Of a stretch of DNA of 64,000 nt, positions 48,937 to 58,350 are shown piece by piece (position 1 is the first letter of the stretch; every line of letters starts with the position of its first letter). Location: the NCBI GenBank assembly GCA_016186955.1, contig JACPKP010000009.1:225595-289594 (forward strand), given 5' to 3'. Below the pieces are notes generated by a model. The model was not told where the DNA came from and did not search any database. It worked only from the letters and a program-made list of their open reading frames with translations. This stretch comes from Candidatus Daviesbacteria bacterium (lineage in GTDB: Bacteria; Patescibacteriota; Microgenomatia; Daviesbacterales; UBA10151). A program made the position numbers and the translations under genes.

Positions 48937-49728
48937 ATGGTGGAAAAAATTACTGTTAACAATATCGCAAGTGTGGGAATTATTTATAGAGAGTCGGACC
49001 CAAAAAGTATTTTTATAGATATAAAAGATGGCGGGTATCCAATTAAGGCGTTTAGGTGGATGCACTGCCCTATTGGCGGCAACTGGATTGGCAAAAATGC
49101 ACTTGCTGATGCTAATCCCTTAGCAACTTTCCGCCGGGAACTTCATGAGGAACTATCGTTTGAAAAAGAAAGGATTTCCACCGGAGAAATGAAGCAGCTG
49201 GGTATTGACTGCGAACAACAATCCTACACTGTACCCAAAAAAGATGCAATACCAACAGAAAAAGATCACGAAAGCTTAAATTATCTAAAACTTATTTTTA
49301 CAAATGACGCTCAGCCTTTTGGAGACTTTAGGGTAACTGTCCCAAAATCAATATTTGATAAGGGTGTGCCAGATAATAAGCTAGGGGATACTGCGTCTTT
49401 ACTCCCCTACTATCTAGTGTCTGTTAAGGAAAATGACTGGCGGACACTTGAGTATCTGCATGAAAAATTCGGCAATCTTTCAGTAGAGTCCTTAGCTGTT
49501 ATTACCTCACTTGATGAGATAATCAGCACACCAAGATATACCTGTTGCGGACATGATAGGATTATGAAAGAATTTTTTACACAAATGGGTTGTGCCGGCG
49601 CCTGCCAATACCCGCTTCTTGAAGGCATTACCTGTGAGCCTATGGGAATGCCGTTTGACTCATATGATAAATACCTTGAATATTATGAGGTTTTGCGCCA
49701 CCCTTTTAGTAGTTCTCTTCGTGCATGA
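48937..49728 (+). CDS. Hypothetical protein with a divergent Nudix box
   Basis: PIGGN...DANPLATFRRELHEEL resembles the REUxEE Nudix helix; own promoter; its 3' end overlaps the convergent dehydratase gene. Confidence 0.5.
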   Translation: MVEKITVNNIASVGIIYRESDPKSIFIDIKDGGYPIKAFRWMHCPIGGNWIGKNALADANPLATFRRELHEELSFEKERISTGEMKQLGIDCEQQSYTVPKKDAIPTEKDHESLNYLKLIFTNDAQPFGDFRVTVPKSIFDKGVPDNKLGDTASLLPYYLVSVKENDWRTLEYLHEKFGNLSVESLAVITSLDEIISTPRYTCCGHDRIMKEFFTQMGCAGACQYPLLEGITCEPMGMPFDSYDKYLEYYEVLRHPFSSSLRA

Positions 49729-50675
49729 TCCAGCAAAAACTGGACACTACTTTCAAAACTTATTTTTGGTTTCCAGCCTGTTGCCTTTTTAAATTTTAAG
49801 ATATTTGGAATTTGCAATGTGACATCAGAGGGCCTTAGTAAAGCAGGGTCTACTTTGGAGGGAATTTTACATTTTGCATATTTTTTAAGTAGGGTTAAAA
49901 ACTCCCCAACAGTTATGACAGTATTACCACCTATATTATAAACTTCCCCAAATTGACACCTTTGGGTTGCAACCCAATAAGCCTCCATTGCATCTCTGAC
50001 GTCAATTAAAGTTCGGACTGAGTTCAAGTTACCATGAACAAGCTCTGTTTGTACCCCAGCCTCGATTATTGCTACCTGTTTGGCAAAACTTGTGGCAAAT
50101 AAGTCTTCACGCCGGGGGTTAATATATGCAAACATTCTGGTACGGATGATTTTCATCCCGTAACTTCTGAAATATGTATAACCCAGCAGATCCTGGGCGA
50201 CTTTTGAGACAGCGTAGGGGTTTGACGGGTTAATCGGGCAGTCTTCTTTAATCGGGACATTTTTAGGGTCAACCTGCCCATAAACTTCTGATGTACTGCA
50301 AATTTGCAAAACAGGATCTAACTTAAGATGTCTGATTGCCTCCAGAAGGTTGGCAGTTCCTAAAATGTTGTTTTGCAGTACTGCAAGCGGGGTGAGAAAA
50401 GAGGTCCGGACATTTGCATGGGAGGCGAGATGGAAAATTACGTCAGGTTTAATCTTTTTTAAGGTTGTCAAAATGGATGAAAAATCATTTAAATCGCACT
50501 CATAAAGTTTTACTTTTTTAAAAATATCAGCCAGATTATTTGCAGAGGTTGTACTGTGCCACCTTGATATCCCGAAGACCTTCATGTGCGGGTGGTGATT
50601 TATAATGTATTCTGCTAGATAGCTGCCTCCAGACCCTGTAATGCCGGTAATAAATACTCTCTTGAAGTTACGCAT
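49683..50675 (-). CDS. GDP-sugar 4,6-dehydratase (Gmd / DmhA-WcbK heptose-type)
   Basis: ITGITGSGGSYLAE, HLAS...V..SF, STSEVYG, YAVSK, GNL.SVR..IDVRD and LRPSDV motifs. Confidence 0.85.
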   Translation of the reverse strand: MRNFKRVFITGITGSGGSYLAEYIINHHPHMKVFGISRWHSTTSANNLADIFKKVKLYECDLNDFSSILTTLKKIKPDVIFHLASHANVRTSFLTPLAVLQNNILGTANLLEAIRHLKLDPVLQICSTSEVYGQVDPKNVPIKEDCPINPSNPYAVSKVAQDLLGYTYFRSYGMKIIRTRMFAYINPRREDLFATSFAKQVAIIEAGVQTELVHGNLNSVRTLIDVRDAMEAYWVATQRCQFGEVYNIGGNTVITVGEFLTLLKKYAKCKIPSKVDPALLRPSDVTLQIPNILKFKKATGWKPKISFESSVQFLLDHARRELLKGWRKTS

Positions 50676-50714
50676 AAACTACTATGAGCAATCTATAAAA
50701 CCTCACAAAGATTG

Positions 50715-51938
50715 TCAAGGATGAAGTTTTTTAAACATATAGATTTGGAAAAAAATCATTATAATCTTGGAGACAATCTTTGCAAGCACTACTCCCAATA
50801 ACCCGAGTGTAGGTAGAAGTATTAAAAAAGGTAATATTGTTGCTACGAATTGAACAATGCTGCTAAGGTAAAGACTTTGGGTGGACTTTACATGGATGTT
50901 GGCGAGTCCCAATAAATTAGTAGGATAGTATAATAGCGAGAGGGAGAAAAGTTGCGAAAGGAAAACTGCGCTATTTTTGTAACTGGGGTATAAAATGTCG
51001 AAAATAGAAGGTGCGCTTAGCAAATACAAAATTACGATTGACAGGACTAAAATCTCCAGTTGAAATGCCTTTTTATATAAATTTTTTTTAAGTTGTATCT
51101 TGCTTGAGGCAGCTATTTTAGGTTGACCCAAAGTTAAAAAAATTTTAAAAAAATTATGAATTTGGCTGGGTATCAAAATTGCAAAAGCATAAACAGCATT
51201 AGCAGTAAACCCTAAGTATATAGGAATTAAAAACTTGTCTAAATATTCAGGAATGGTAGTTATTAAGTTACCAAGGCTCAAGTTCAAACCAAATTTAAGA
51301 GCTTTTTTATCAAATCTTTTATTTTTTACTTTTCCGAAAGAATAAAGGGTTAAGATTATATTTATAACTGCCGTTGACCATGCAGAAAAAAGAGCAACCA
51401 GAACCAAAGAGGAAAATTGCCATAAAGCAATGCCTGTTGCAATAATGGAAACATACTGGGCAATAAATGAGTAAAACGCCCAATTTTTAAAATCCCTTTT
51501 TCCGTTTAAAAAAGGTTGGAAAAAATTGAAACAGGCGCTTATTGGGAAAACTAAAGCGCTAACAAATATTGCCAACCCAAGCGCAGGGTTACCCCTTAAG
51601 TAAAAATACAGCGAACCGAATGTCAAAAGCGACATACCCAAAAGAGACCATTTGAATGCTATTTTGATAGCTTCTCTATAAATCCCATCATTGCCTTTTG
51701 CCACTTCCTGCACAATCATTGGCGACAATCCCGGTACAGTTGTAAAACTCATCAATGCGAGTACAGACATTAAAAAAGAAAACTGCCCGTAGACATCAGA
51801 CGGCCACAACCTGGAAAAAAGGGATGAGAGTATTATCCCACCGATTGTGGTTGCAAACAAACTTAAAGTAATCCAAAAACCACCCTTAATGAAATAATTT
51901 AAATCCAGCCCCAAAATATTTGATAATCTGTAAATCAT
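50715..51938 (-). CDS. wzx: Oligosaccharide flippase (Wzx/MOP superfamily)
   Basis: About 12 TM helices; SRL....YGQF, YLDKFLI..YLG....VYAFA and GLLG motifs. Confidence 0.8.
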   Translation of the reverse strand: MIYRLSNILGLDLNYFIKGGFWITLSLFATTIGGIILSSLFSRLWPSDVYGQFSFLMSVLALMSFTTVPGLSPMIVQEVAKGNDGIYREAIKIAFKWSLLGMSLLTFGSLYFYLRGNPALGLAIFVSALVFPISACFNFFQPFLNGKRDFKNWAFYSFIAQYVSIIATGIALWQFSSLVLVALFSAWSTAVINIILTLYSFGKVKNKRFDKKALKFGLNLSLGNLITTIPEYLDKFLIPIYLGFTANAVYAFAILIPSQIHNFFKIFLTLGQPKIAASSKIQLKKNLYKKAFQLEILVLSIVILYLLSAPSIFDILYPSYKNSAVFLSQLFSLSLLYYPTNLLGLANIHVKSTQSLYLSSIVQFVATILPFLILLPTLGLLGVVLAKIVSKIIMIFFQIYMFKKLHP

Positions 51939-51950
51939 GGTATAATTTTA
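51938..51950. promoter_or_regulatory. Overlapping bidirectional -10 elements in an 18-bp spacer
   Basis: Plus strand TGgTATAAT (51938-51946) lies 10 nt before ATG 51957; minus strand TAAAAT (51950-51945) lies 6 nt before ATG 51938. Confidence 0.55.
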
Positions 51951-51956
51951 GCCTAA

Positions 51957-52853
51957 ATGAAGCCCAAATGTTTAGTTTGTAGATCCTTAGCGTTTTTTTT
52001 ACTCAGTAAAGGGGATTATAACCTGTATAAATGCCCTAGTTGCCAATTAGTTTTTGTTTGGCCGCCAAAAAAAGAAAATTTTTTAATTAAGAAAGTTTAC
52101 AATGAGTCCGGTTATCAAGCCAGTAAACATATTAAATTTAATTCCTTACCACAAAATAATTCTTACAAGAAAGTCTTTGAGTTCTTGACAATTAAAAAAG
52201 GTCTTAAAATTCTAGATGTTGGTTGTTCAAGCGGAGAATTTCTATATATGGCAAAAAAAATAGGTTTAGAAGGCTATGGAGTTGAGGTCAATAAAATAAC
52301 TGCTATGGCAGCAAAAAAAAATGGGTTAAAAGTAAAAAATTGCACATTGGAACAGGCAAAGTTTAAAACAGGTTTTTTTGGCTACATTTTTTTAGGGGAT
52401 GTAATTGAGCATTTAGTAAATCCTGCGTCAATGATAAGAGAATGCAAAAGAATTTTAAAAAGAAATGGTAAGCTTGTCATTATTACTCCAAACCTGGATT
52501 GTTTTTGGGCAAACTTAACTTATTTTTTATATAAAACCTTTCATATTCCGTGGTCTTCAGTAACACCGCCTTACCACCTTTTTCAATTTTCAACCAGCAA
52601 CCTCCATCAATTTATGGCCAAGTTTAATTTTAAACCTGAAAAGATTTGGTATAATCCACCGCCAAAATTATCGTACGAGCTGTGGTTTACAGGACTACCT
52701 CAAGATTATAATAAAAATATCAATAATTTTTTAAGATATTATACAGTTTATATGGTTTATGGTTTTTTTTATATTTTAAATAAGTCTTTAAAATATATAT
52801 TAACTAAGGATAATTCAATTTGTGTTATATATAGTAATTGCAAACGTCTATGA
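51957..52853 (+). CDS. Class I SAM-dependent methyltransferase with N-terminal CxxC...CxxC
   Basis: CLVC/CPSC, ILDVGCSSG, DVIEH, TPN and PPYHL motifs. Confidence 0.85.
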   Translation: MKPKCLVCRSLAFFLLSKGDYNLYKCPSCQLVFVWPPKKENFLIKKVYNESGYQASKHIKFNSLPQNNSYKKVFEFLTIKKGLKILDVGCSSGEFLYMAKKIGLEGYGVEVNKITAMAAKKNGLKVKNCTLEQAKFKTGFFGYIFLGDVIEHLVNPASMIRECKRILKRNGKLVIITPNLDCFWANLTYFLYKTFHIPWSSVTPPYHLFQFSTSNLHQFMAKFNFKPEKIWYNPPPKLSYELWFTGLPQDYNKNINNFLRYYTVYMVYGFFYILNKSLKYILTKDNSICVIYSNCKRL

Positions 52854-53623
52854 TCAAATCTAGTGTTTTTGTGATAGGAATAGGTGAAGTTGGCGCTGCA
52901 ATAGCGGAGATTTTCTCAAAAAATTTCCGCGTATTTAAAAAGGATATTAATTTTGATGAAATAGGCGGACAAACAATAGACTATCTGCATATTTGTATTC
53001 CTTACAACAAAAAATTTGTTACAACCGCCGTAACTCAGATAAAAAAAAATAAACCTAAGCTTACTGTTATTCATTCGACAGTTGCTGTGGGTACGACCAG
53101 AAAAATCTTTAAAAAGACAAATTTGCCAATAGTACACTCACCAGTACGTGGGACACACCCTAATTTAGAAAAGGATATTAAAAAATTCGTTAAATATGCC
53201 GGTCCTATTAATGAAAAATCTGCAAAATTGGCAGAAGACCATCTTGGGGAAGCAGGGTTGAAAGTAGAATTAATGGAAAAGCCCGAAGAAACTGAATTAG
53301 GAAAACTTTTAGATACAACATATTATGGTTGGAATATATTATTTACAAAATTAGTAGGGAAACTTTGTGAGAATTTGAATTTAGATTTTGATAATGTTTA
53401 TACAAAATTTAACAAAACATATAATGAGGGTTACCGGAAAAGTAAGCCGGAAGTACTCAGGCCAATACTAAAATACATTCATAGTGATGATAAACAAGGA
53501 GGGATTGGTGGACATTGTGTGATGGAAAATACAAAGCTTTTACATGAGCAATATCACCTTGACTTTACAAAATTTTTAATTGAGAAGAACGAAAAACTTA
53601 AAAAAACTAAAAAGGATGAGTAG
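52850..53623 (+). CDS. Short UDP-glucose/GDP-mannose dehydrogenase family protein, lacking the C-terminal domain
   Basis: GIGEVG, IHSTV..GTT, HSPVRG, ETELGKL and GIGGHCV (catalytic Cys) motifs; ATGA-coupled start at 52850. Confidence 0.7.
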   Translation: MIKSSVFVIGIGEVGAAIAEIFSKNFRVFKKDINFDEIGGQTIDYLHICIPYNKKFVTTAVTQIKKNKPKLTVIHSTVAVGTTRKIFKKTNLPIVHSPVRGTHPNLEKDIKKFVKYAGPINEKSAKLAEDHLGEAGLKVELMEKPEETELGKLLDTTYYGWNILFTKLVGKLCENLNLDFDNVYTKFNKTYNEGYRKSKPEVLRPILKYIHSDDKQGGIGGHCVMENTKLLHEQYHLDFTKFLIEKNEKLKKTKKDE

Positions 53624-55187
53624 CATCCCCCCAGTAATTCTTCTGCTCCTAGCCTATTTTTTCAAAGAACTTATTTTTACAGCGCTTATACCGATGTGGC
53701 ATACACCTGATGAGCAAGCTCATTTTGCCCAAGTTGCCTATTTTGCTGAATTTGGGAAAATGCCCAGTACCGCTCCTGATTTAAATAGAGAGATTTTTGA
53801 ATCGGAAAAATTACTCGGGACTCTGCGTGATTCAAACGGAAACAATAAATTTACATATCACCCGGAATATAAAATTCAATATACAAATTCTTATATTGGG
53901 AAATATGAAAATGAAATAAATAATTTCCCGAGAGAATACAGACAAGAATTAGTTAAACAAGAAGCAGCTAACTACCCACCCCTCTATTATTGGATTTCCT
54001 CTGTACCCTACAAATTTTTTTACAACTCCGGTTTGATTACCCGCGTATTTGTACTAAGAATGATTTCTGTTTTGATGGGAGTGGGAATGGTTTATTTTGT
54101 ATTTTTAATAGGGAAAATTATATTTTCTAAAAATACTCTTTACCAATATACTTTGGTAATTTTGGTAGCATTCCAGCCGATGTTTTCTTTTGTATCCGCA
54201 GGTATTACAAGTGACAATTTAACAAATCTATTTTTTACAATTGTTATATATTGCGGGTTTTTAGTTTTAAAAAATGGCATAAAAAAAAATAGTATTTTTT
54301 TATTTATATCAATACTTTTTCTTTTATACCTGACAAAACCTCAATTTATTTTAGCTTTACCTATTTTTTTAACCGCCTTAATTATTAAGCTTTTACTAAG
54401 TAAAGCATTCTTACTGACAAAAATATTATTAACGACCCTTTTTGGGCTGGTTTTGCTGGCTTTAGCCATAAATATTAATAACCCTGCTATATATCAGCTC
54501 CTTGAAAAAGTTTATCCGCAAAGTTTTTTTCCGGGAAAAGCCCTTTTTTCAGTAAATTCTGTTGAATTTTTAAAAATCAGTTTGAACAGAATAATACATG
54601 AAACTATCCCTTGGTATTGGGGGGTTTTTGATTGGCTTGGGGTTGTAATGCCTATTGAAGTTATCAGGATTTTGAACAGATTAATGATTCTTGCGGGAAC
54701 AGGGATATTAATCAAATTATTCTTAATGTTAAGAAAAAGGAATAGAGAAGACTGGTACTTTTTATATTTGATTTTAATTTCATTAATATATTTTGGAGGA
54801 ATCCTGTTATGGGATTTTATTTATTACCAAAGCCATTATTTTTCATTTGGCCTTCAAGGGAGATATTTTTTCCCGACAATTATTGCCCATATGGCGATAT
54901 TTTTAGTGGGCCTTGTTACCTTGGTTCCTAAGAAATTGGCAGTAATTAAAGAAATCTGGACTAAACTAATCGCAGTTGGTATGATGACGCTGAATTTTCT
55001 TGCGCTTTGGATTATTTTGAAAATTTACTATGATCTGTCTAATCTGAATGCTTTTATAATAGAGTCAAGCCAATACAAGCCATGGTTTTTTAAAGGAGGA
55101 ATGTTGATTTTTTGGATAATAGCTTATTTTATTATCCTGTGTTTATTCTTCTACAGATTTTTAAGGCTTAAATTGGTAAAACCATGA
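53616..55187 (+). CDS. GT-C-like membrane protein (DUF2142/PMT-like)
   Basis: PMWHTPDEQAH, NYPPLYY, R..SVL, SDNL and QGRYFFP motifs; start moved to ATG 53616. Confidence 0.75.
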   Translation: MSSIPPVILLLLAYFFKELIFTALIPMWHTPDEQAHFAQVAYFAEFGKMPSTAPDLNREIFESEKLLGTLRDSNGNNKFTYHPEYKIQYTNSYIGKYENEINNFPREYRQELVKQEAANYPPLYYWISSVPYKFFYNSGLITRVFVLRMISVLMGVGMVYFVFLIGKIIFSKNTLYQYTLVILVAFQPMFSFVSAGITSDNLTNLFFTIVIYCGFLVLKNGIKKNSIFLFISILFLLYLTKPQFILALPIFLTALIIKLLLSKAFLLTKILLTTLFGLVLLALAININNPAIYQLLEKVYPQSFFPGKALFSVNSVEFLKISLNRIIHETIPWYWGVFDWLGVVMPIEVIRILNRLMILAGTGILIKLFLMLRKRNREDWYFLYLILISLIYFGGILLWDFIYYQSHYFSFGLQGRYFFPTIIAHMAIFLVGLVTLVPKKLAVIKEIWTKLIAVGMMTLNFLALWIILKIYYDLSNLNAFIIESSQYKPWFFKGGMLIFWIIAYFIILCLFFYRFLRLKLVKP

Positions 55188-55233
55188 TAATGCTCAAAAA
55201 AATGAATAAATTTGTATTCGATTTTTTAAATTT

Positions 55234-55959
55234 TTAGTCGATAAACCTATATTTGATAATAGCCCAAAAAATCAAAAAACCATCTGGCATAATTCTAATT
55301 TTCTTACCTTCTTTCGGTGACCGTGATCTATAAGAAATAGGCACTTCATATGGCAAGATCCCTTTTTTAGTAAACTTAGCGATCATTTCCCAATCGATAT
55401 CAAAATATTTTGATCTAAATTTAATATCCGTTAAGCATTCCTTTTTAAAAACTTTATAAGCTGTTCCCGGATCTGTTATATTAATTCCGTAAAGTAAATT
55501 TACGAGCCTGCTGTATAGGATACTACCGATATTTAAGACTTTTGCGTAAAACATTGAATCCAAAAATTGTCTTGAATGCCATTCATTTGTTAACAAATGT
55601 CTTGAACCGATGACAAAACTTGCATATCCTTTCAAAATCGGTTTTAAAAGAGCAGGGTATTCCTCAATTTTATACTCAAGATCAGCATCTTGTATTAGTA
55701 TAATATCCCCAGTTACTTTTTTGAGCCCTGCCCTAACCGCAAACCCTTTTCCCGAATTGGTTTTAAGCTTAATAAGTTTAAATTTGTATTTTTTTTCATT
55801 TTTTTTAAGGAAATTCTCTGTTCCATCAGTGGATTTGTCATCCACTACTATAATCTCCTTGCTTATTTGCTTAATTTTTAGTTTGTTAATCCTCATTAAA
55901 ACTTTTTCAATAGTTTTAATTTCATTAAAAATTGGGATAATAATAGATAATTTTGTCAT
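55234..55959 (-). CDS. GT2, DPM1-like polyprenol-phosphate sugar synthase
   Basis: IPIFNE, DDKSTDGT, GKGFAV, QDADLEY, TD..TAYK and EVPISY..R...EGKKI motifs. Confidence 0.85.
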   Translation of the reverse strand: MTKLSIIIPIFNEIKTIEKVLMRINKLKIKQISKEIIVVDDKSTDGTENFLKKNEKKYKFKLIKLKTNSGKGFAVRAGLKKVTGDIILIQDADLEYKIEEYPALLKPILKGYASFVIGSRHLLTNEWHSRQFLDSMFYAKVLNIGSILYSRLVNLLYGINITDPGTAYKVFKKECLTDIKFRSKYFDIDWEMIAKFTKKGILPYEVPISYRSRSPKEGKKIRIMPDGFLIFWAIIKYRFID

Positions 55960-56038
55960 AATTTAAATGAAATTAATTGTCCGATGTAAGCATAAGTATG
56001 ATCATACATAAACTTTATAAATTATATAGAATGAAAAA

Positions 56039-56908
56039 TTAATTTTTTAGAAGCATTAAATAATCACCTGTTTTTATTGGAAATGGTAATCTTTGTATGA
56101 ATTTTGGCAGTAGAAGAAAAACATTTGATACTAATCCTAAAAATGGGGTTGGATAAGTACGAAAATGGGAATAGATATACTCGAGTGTTAAAAATTTAGA
56201 TACAGATTTCTCATGAATAATTTGAAGGTTACTTTTTTGAGATAATATCTTGAGGGATTTTGGAGAAAAATAATAAATATGTTCTTCTTTAAAATTCGTC
56301 CACCTTTTGCCTAAAATTTTGGCCCAAAAACTTGCTATGTTAGGTGTAACTATTATTAAATAACCATTCGGTTTGAGAATTTTTTTAACCTTTTGGAGTA
56401 TTGATATAGGGTTTGGAAGGTGTTCTATAACATCAGCCATCGTTATAATATCAAAACCGGTCTTTTTATATGGCATCTTTTCAAAATCCCCACAGTATAT
56501 TTTACCCGGAAATTTTTTTTCTGCCTCTTTAGCCGCAAAAGTAGAAATTTCTGTACCGTAACAATCACAGCCTTTTTCCTTTGCTAATTCAAGCAAAAAT
56601 CCTGTTGCACACCCAATATCCAGTAGTTTTTTACCATTTAAAGTAGTCAAATTTTCAACGAGTTTTAAATAGGATGCAAAAGTTTTCTTTTTCATTTTTC
56701 TGACGTTATCTTTTACCTCTTTAGTAAGTGTAGGAGTAGTACCATGCCAAAAACGGAAGTAATCCTTATTATATATTTTTTTCAACTTTTCATTCGTAAT
56801 ACCACCAACAGCAAAATATAAATTGCATTGGTTGCAATGATATAAATCAAAAAAAGGCAAAGAAAAAGAAAAATTTATTTTTGGGGATTTACAAATGTGA
56901 CATTGCAT
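56039..56908 (-). CDS. Class I SAM-dependent methyltransferase with N-terminal Cys pairs
   Basis: CHIC/CNQC, LLDIGCATG, DVIEH, TPN and EHIYYF motifs. Confidence 0.85.
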   Translation of the reverse strand: MQCHICKSPKINFSFSLPFFDLYHCNQCNLYFAVGGITNEKLKKIYNKDYFRFWHGTTPTLTKEVKDNVRKMKKKTFASYLKLVENLTTLNGKKLLDIGCATGFLLELAKEKGCDCYGTEISTFAAKEAEKKFPGKIYCGDFEKMPYKKTGFDIITMADVIEHLPNPISILQKVKKILKPNGYLIIVTPNIASFWAKILGKRWTNFKEEHIYYFSPKSLKILSQKSNLQIIHEKSVSKFLTLEYIYSHFRTYPTPFLGLVSNVFLLLPKFIQRLPFPIKTGDYLMLLKN

Positions 56909-58310
56909 ATAATTTTTTTAAAAAATATAATTCAAGCAGGGTAAATAACAAGAACACAAGGATGCCTTGTTTGGTGCGAAGAAGAAATATATCTGGTGGC
57001 GATATTCTATAATTTAAATCAAAGTTAATATATTCCTGAAAAGCTTCACGCCAATATTTCCGATCCTCATCCATATAATTTAATCTGAATATGATTTTCC
57101 ATTGGCCGTATAGAGGTGAAAGCTGCGCTATAGGATAAATATCATATATGCCTAGTTTTTTTTGGATATAAGAAATATATCGGTGGTAACTTATATAAAT
57201 TGATGAAAATTGGATAATTAAAGAAACTAAAAATACGGATATAAATATGACTCTCCAGGATCTTTCTTTATAACTTTTTAAAAAATACATGAGAAGTATG
57301 ATGAAGAAGGGAAGAGAGGTATAAAGATATCTTGTTCCCCAAGCCAAATCACCTGTTGGTGATTGGAAAAAGGAAAAGAAGGTAAAGTTAATTAAAGTCA
57401 TTATTGTGAAAAATCCGAGCATAAAAGGATTACATTTTTTTAATTTTTTTATCCCTAAAAATGCAAAAAAAATGATTGGTTGATATAAGAATAGACTTTT
57501 TCCCGGAGATAATAAGTTTATATATAATCCATAGAAAAATGGGAAGCCAAATGTTTTAATATCCCTGTAGCCTGAATCAAAAATATCACCGAACCTTAAA
57601 TAATTGTAAATAAAATAAATTATTACACAAAAAAATAATGGAATAATGAAATACAAGAAGTGCTTTAAATTAATTTTTTTTGAAATGAATACATATATTA
57701 AACAAGGAAGAAATATTAAAATTCCGAACTTTGTTAAGAAGGTAAAACCAAACAAAAATCCAGCCAAAGCAAGATTTTTAGGAGTTTGCTTCCAAAAAAT
57801 AAATACATAAGAAGCAGAATAAAAAAGTAAAGTGGTAAGTGGTTCCGAGAATAAAGTTTTAGTGTACGCTGATAAATAAGTGCCAAAACCTAGCAATAAT
57901 GCACCCATTATTGCGTATTTTTCAGAGAACTTTAATTTTATAAGATATTTATACGTAAGAACAACCAATAATGACGTTATGAAACAGTTAGTAAGAGAAG
58001 GGAAAAATCCTGCATAAAAATATGTATTATGAAAAACATCTAAAAATAATTTTTCAAGCAAATACATGGGTATAATAATTAAAGATGAAATTAATCCATA
58101 TTTGGAATAGCAAACATTCCCTGATTTTGCAGCCTCCCAGAAGCAATCTACAGCAAAACTTTGGTGATCAATGAGATTTTTAGCAGTTTGATACATTGAT
58201 TGACTATCGCTCTCCCAAAAATTACCGCCTGTGATGGAAATATAGAAGAAAAGGAAAAGTAAAAAAAGCGTTAAAGGCGGGGAATCTATAATTTTAGTTA
58301 GTCTAATCAT
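56889..58310 (-). CDS. GT-C-like multi-TM membrane protein
   Basis: D...MY, YSKYG, FSEP, YNYLRFG, SPGKSLFLY.P and WGTRYL motifs. Confidence 0.7.
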   Translation of the reverse strand: MIRLTKIIDSPPLTLFLLFLFFYISITGGNFWESDSQSMYQTAKNLIDHQSFAVDCFWEAAKSGNVCYSKYGLISSLIIIPMYLLEKLFLDVFHNTYFYAGFFPSLTNCFITSLLVVLTYKYLIKLKFSEKYAIMGALLLGFGTYLSAYTKTLFSEPLTTLLFYSASYVFIFWKQTPKNLALAGFLFGFTFLTKFGILIFLPCLIYVFISKKINLKHFLYFIIPLFFCVIIYFIYNYLRFGDIFDSGYRDIKTFGFPFFYGLYINLLSPGKSLFLYQPIIFFAFLGIKKLKKCNPFMLGFFTIMTLINFTFFSFFQSPTGDLAWGTRYLYTSLPFFIILLMYFLKSYKERSWRVIFISVFLVSLIIQFSSIYISYHRYISYIQKKLGIYDIYPIAQLSPLYGQWKIIFRLNYMDEDRKYWREAFQEYINFDLNYRISPPDIFLLRTKQGILVFLLFTLLELYFLKKLYAMSHL

Positions 58311-58329
58311 AATTTAAGTGAAACTAACA

Positions 58330-58346
58330 CTATGATATTATCATAG
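58330..58346. promoter_or_regulatory. Perfect palindrome in a divergent spacer (bidirectional extended -10 or operator)
   Basis: CTATGATA-T-TATCATAG; reads TGaTATTAT on the + strand and TGaTAATAT on the - strand. Confidence 0.5.
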
Positions 58347-58350
58347 AATT

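Noticed and set aside
55184-55237. 17-codon ORF (MIMLKKMNKFVFDFLNF) overlapping the stop of the 53616 gene
   Set aside because: It could be the stub of a displaced downstream gene, but it is too short to support.
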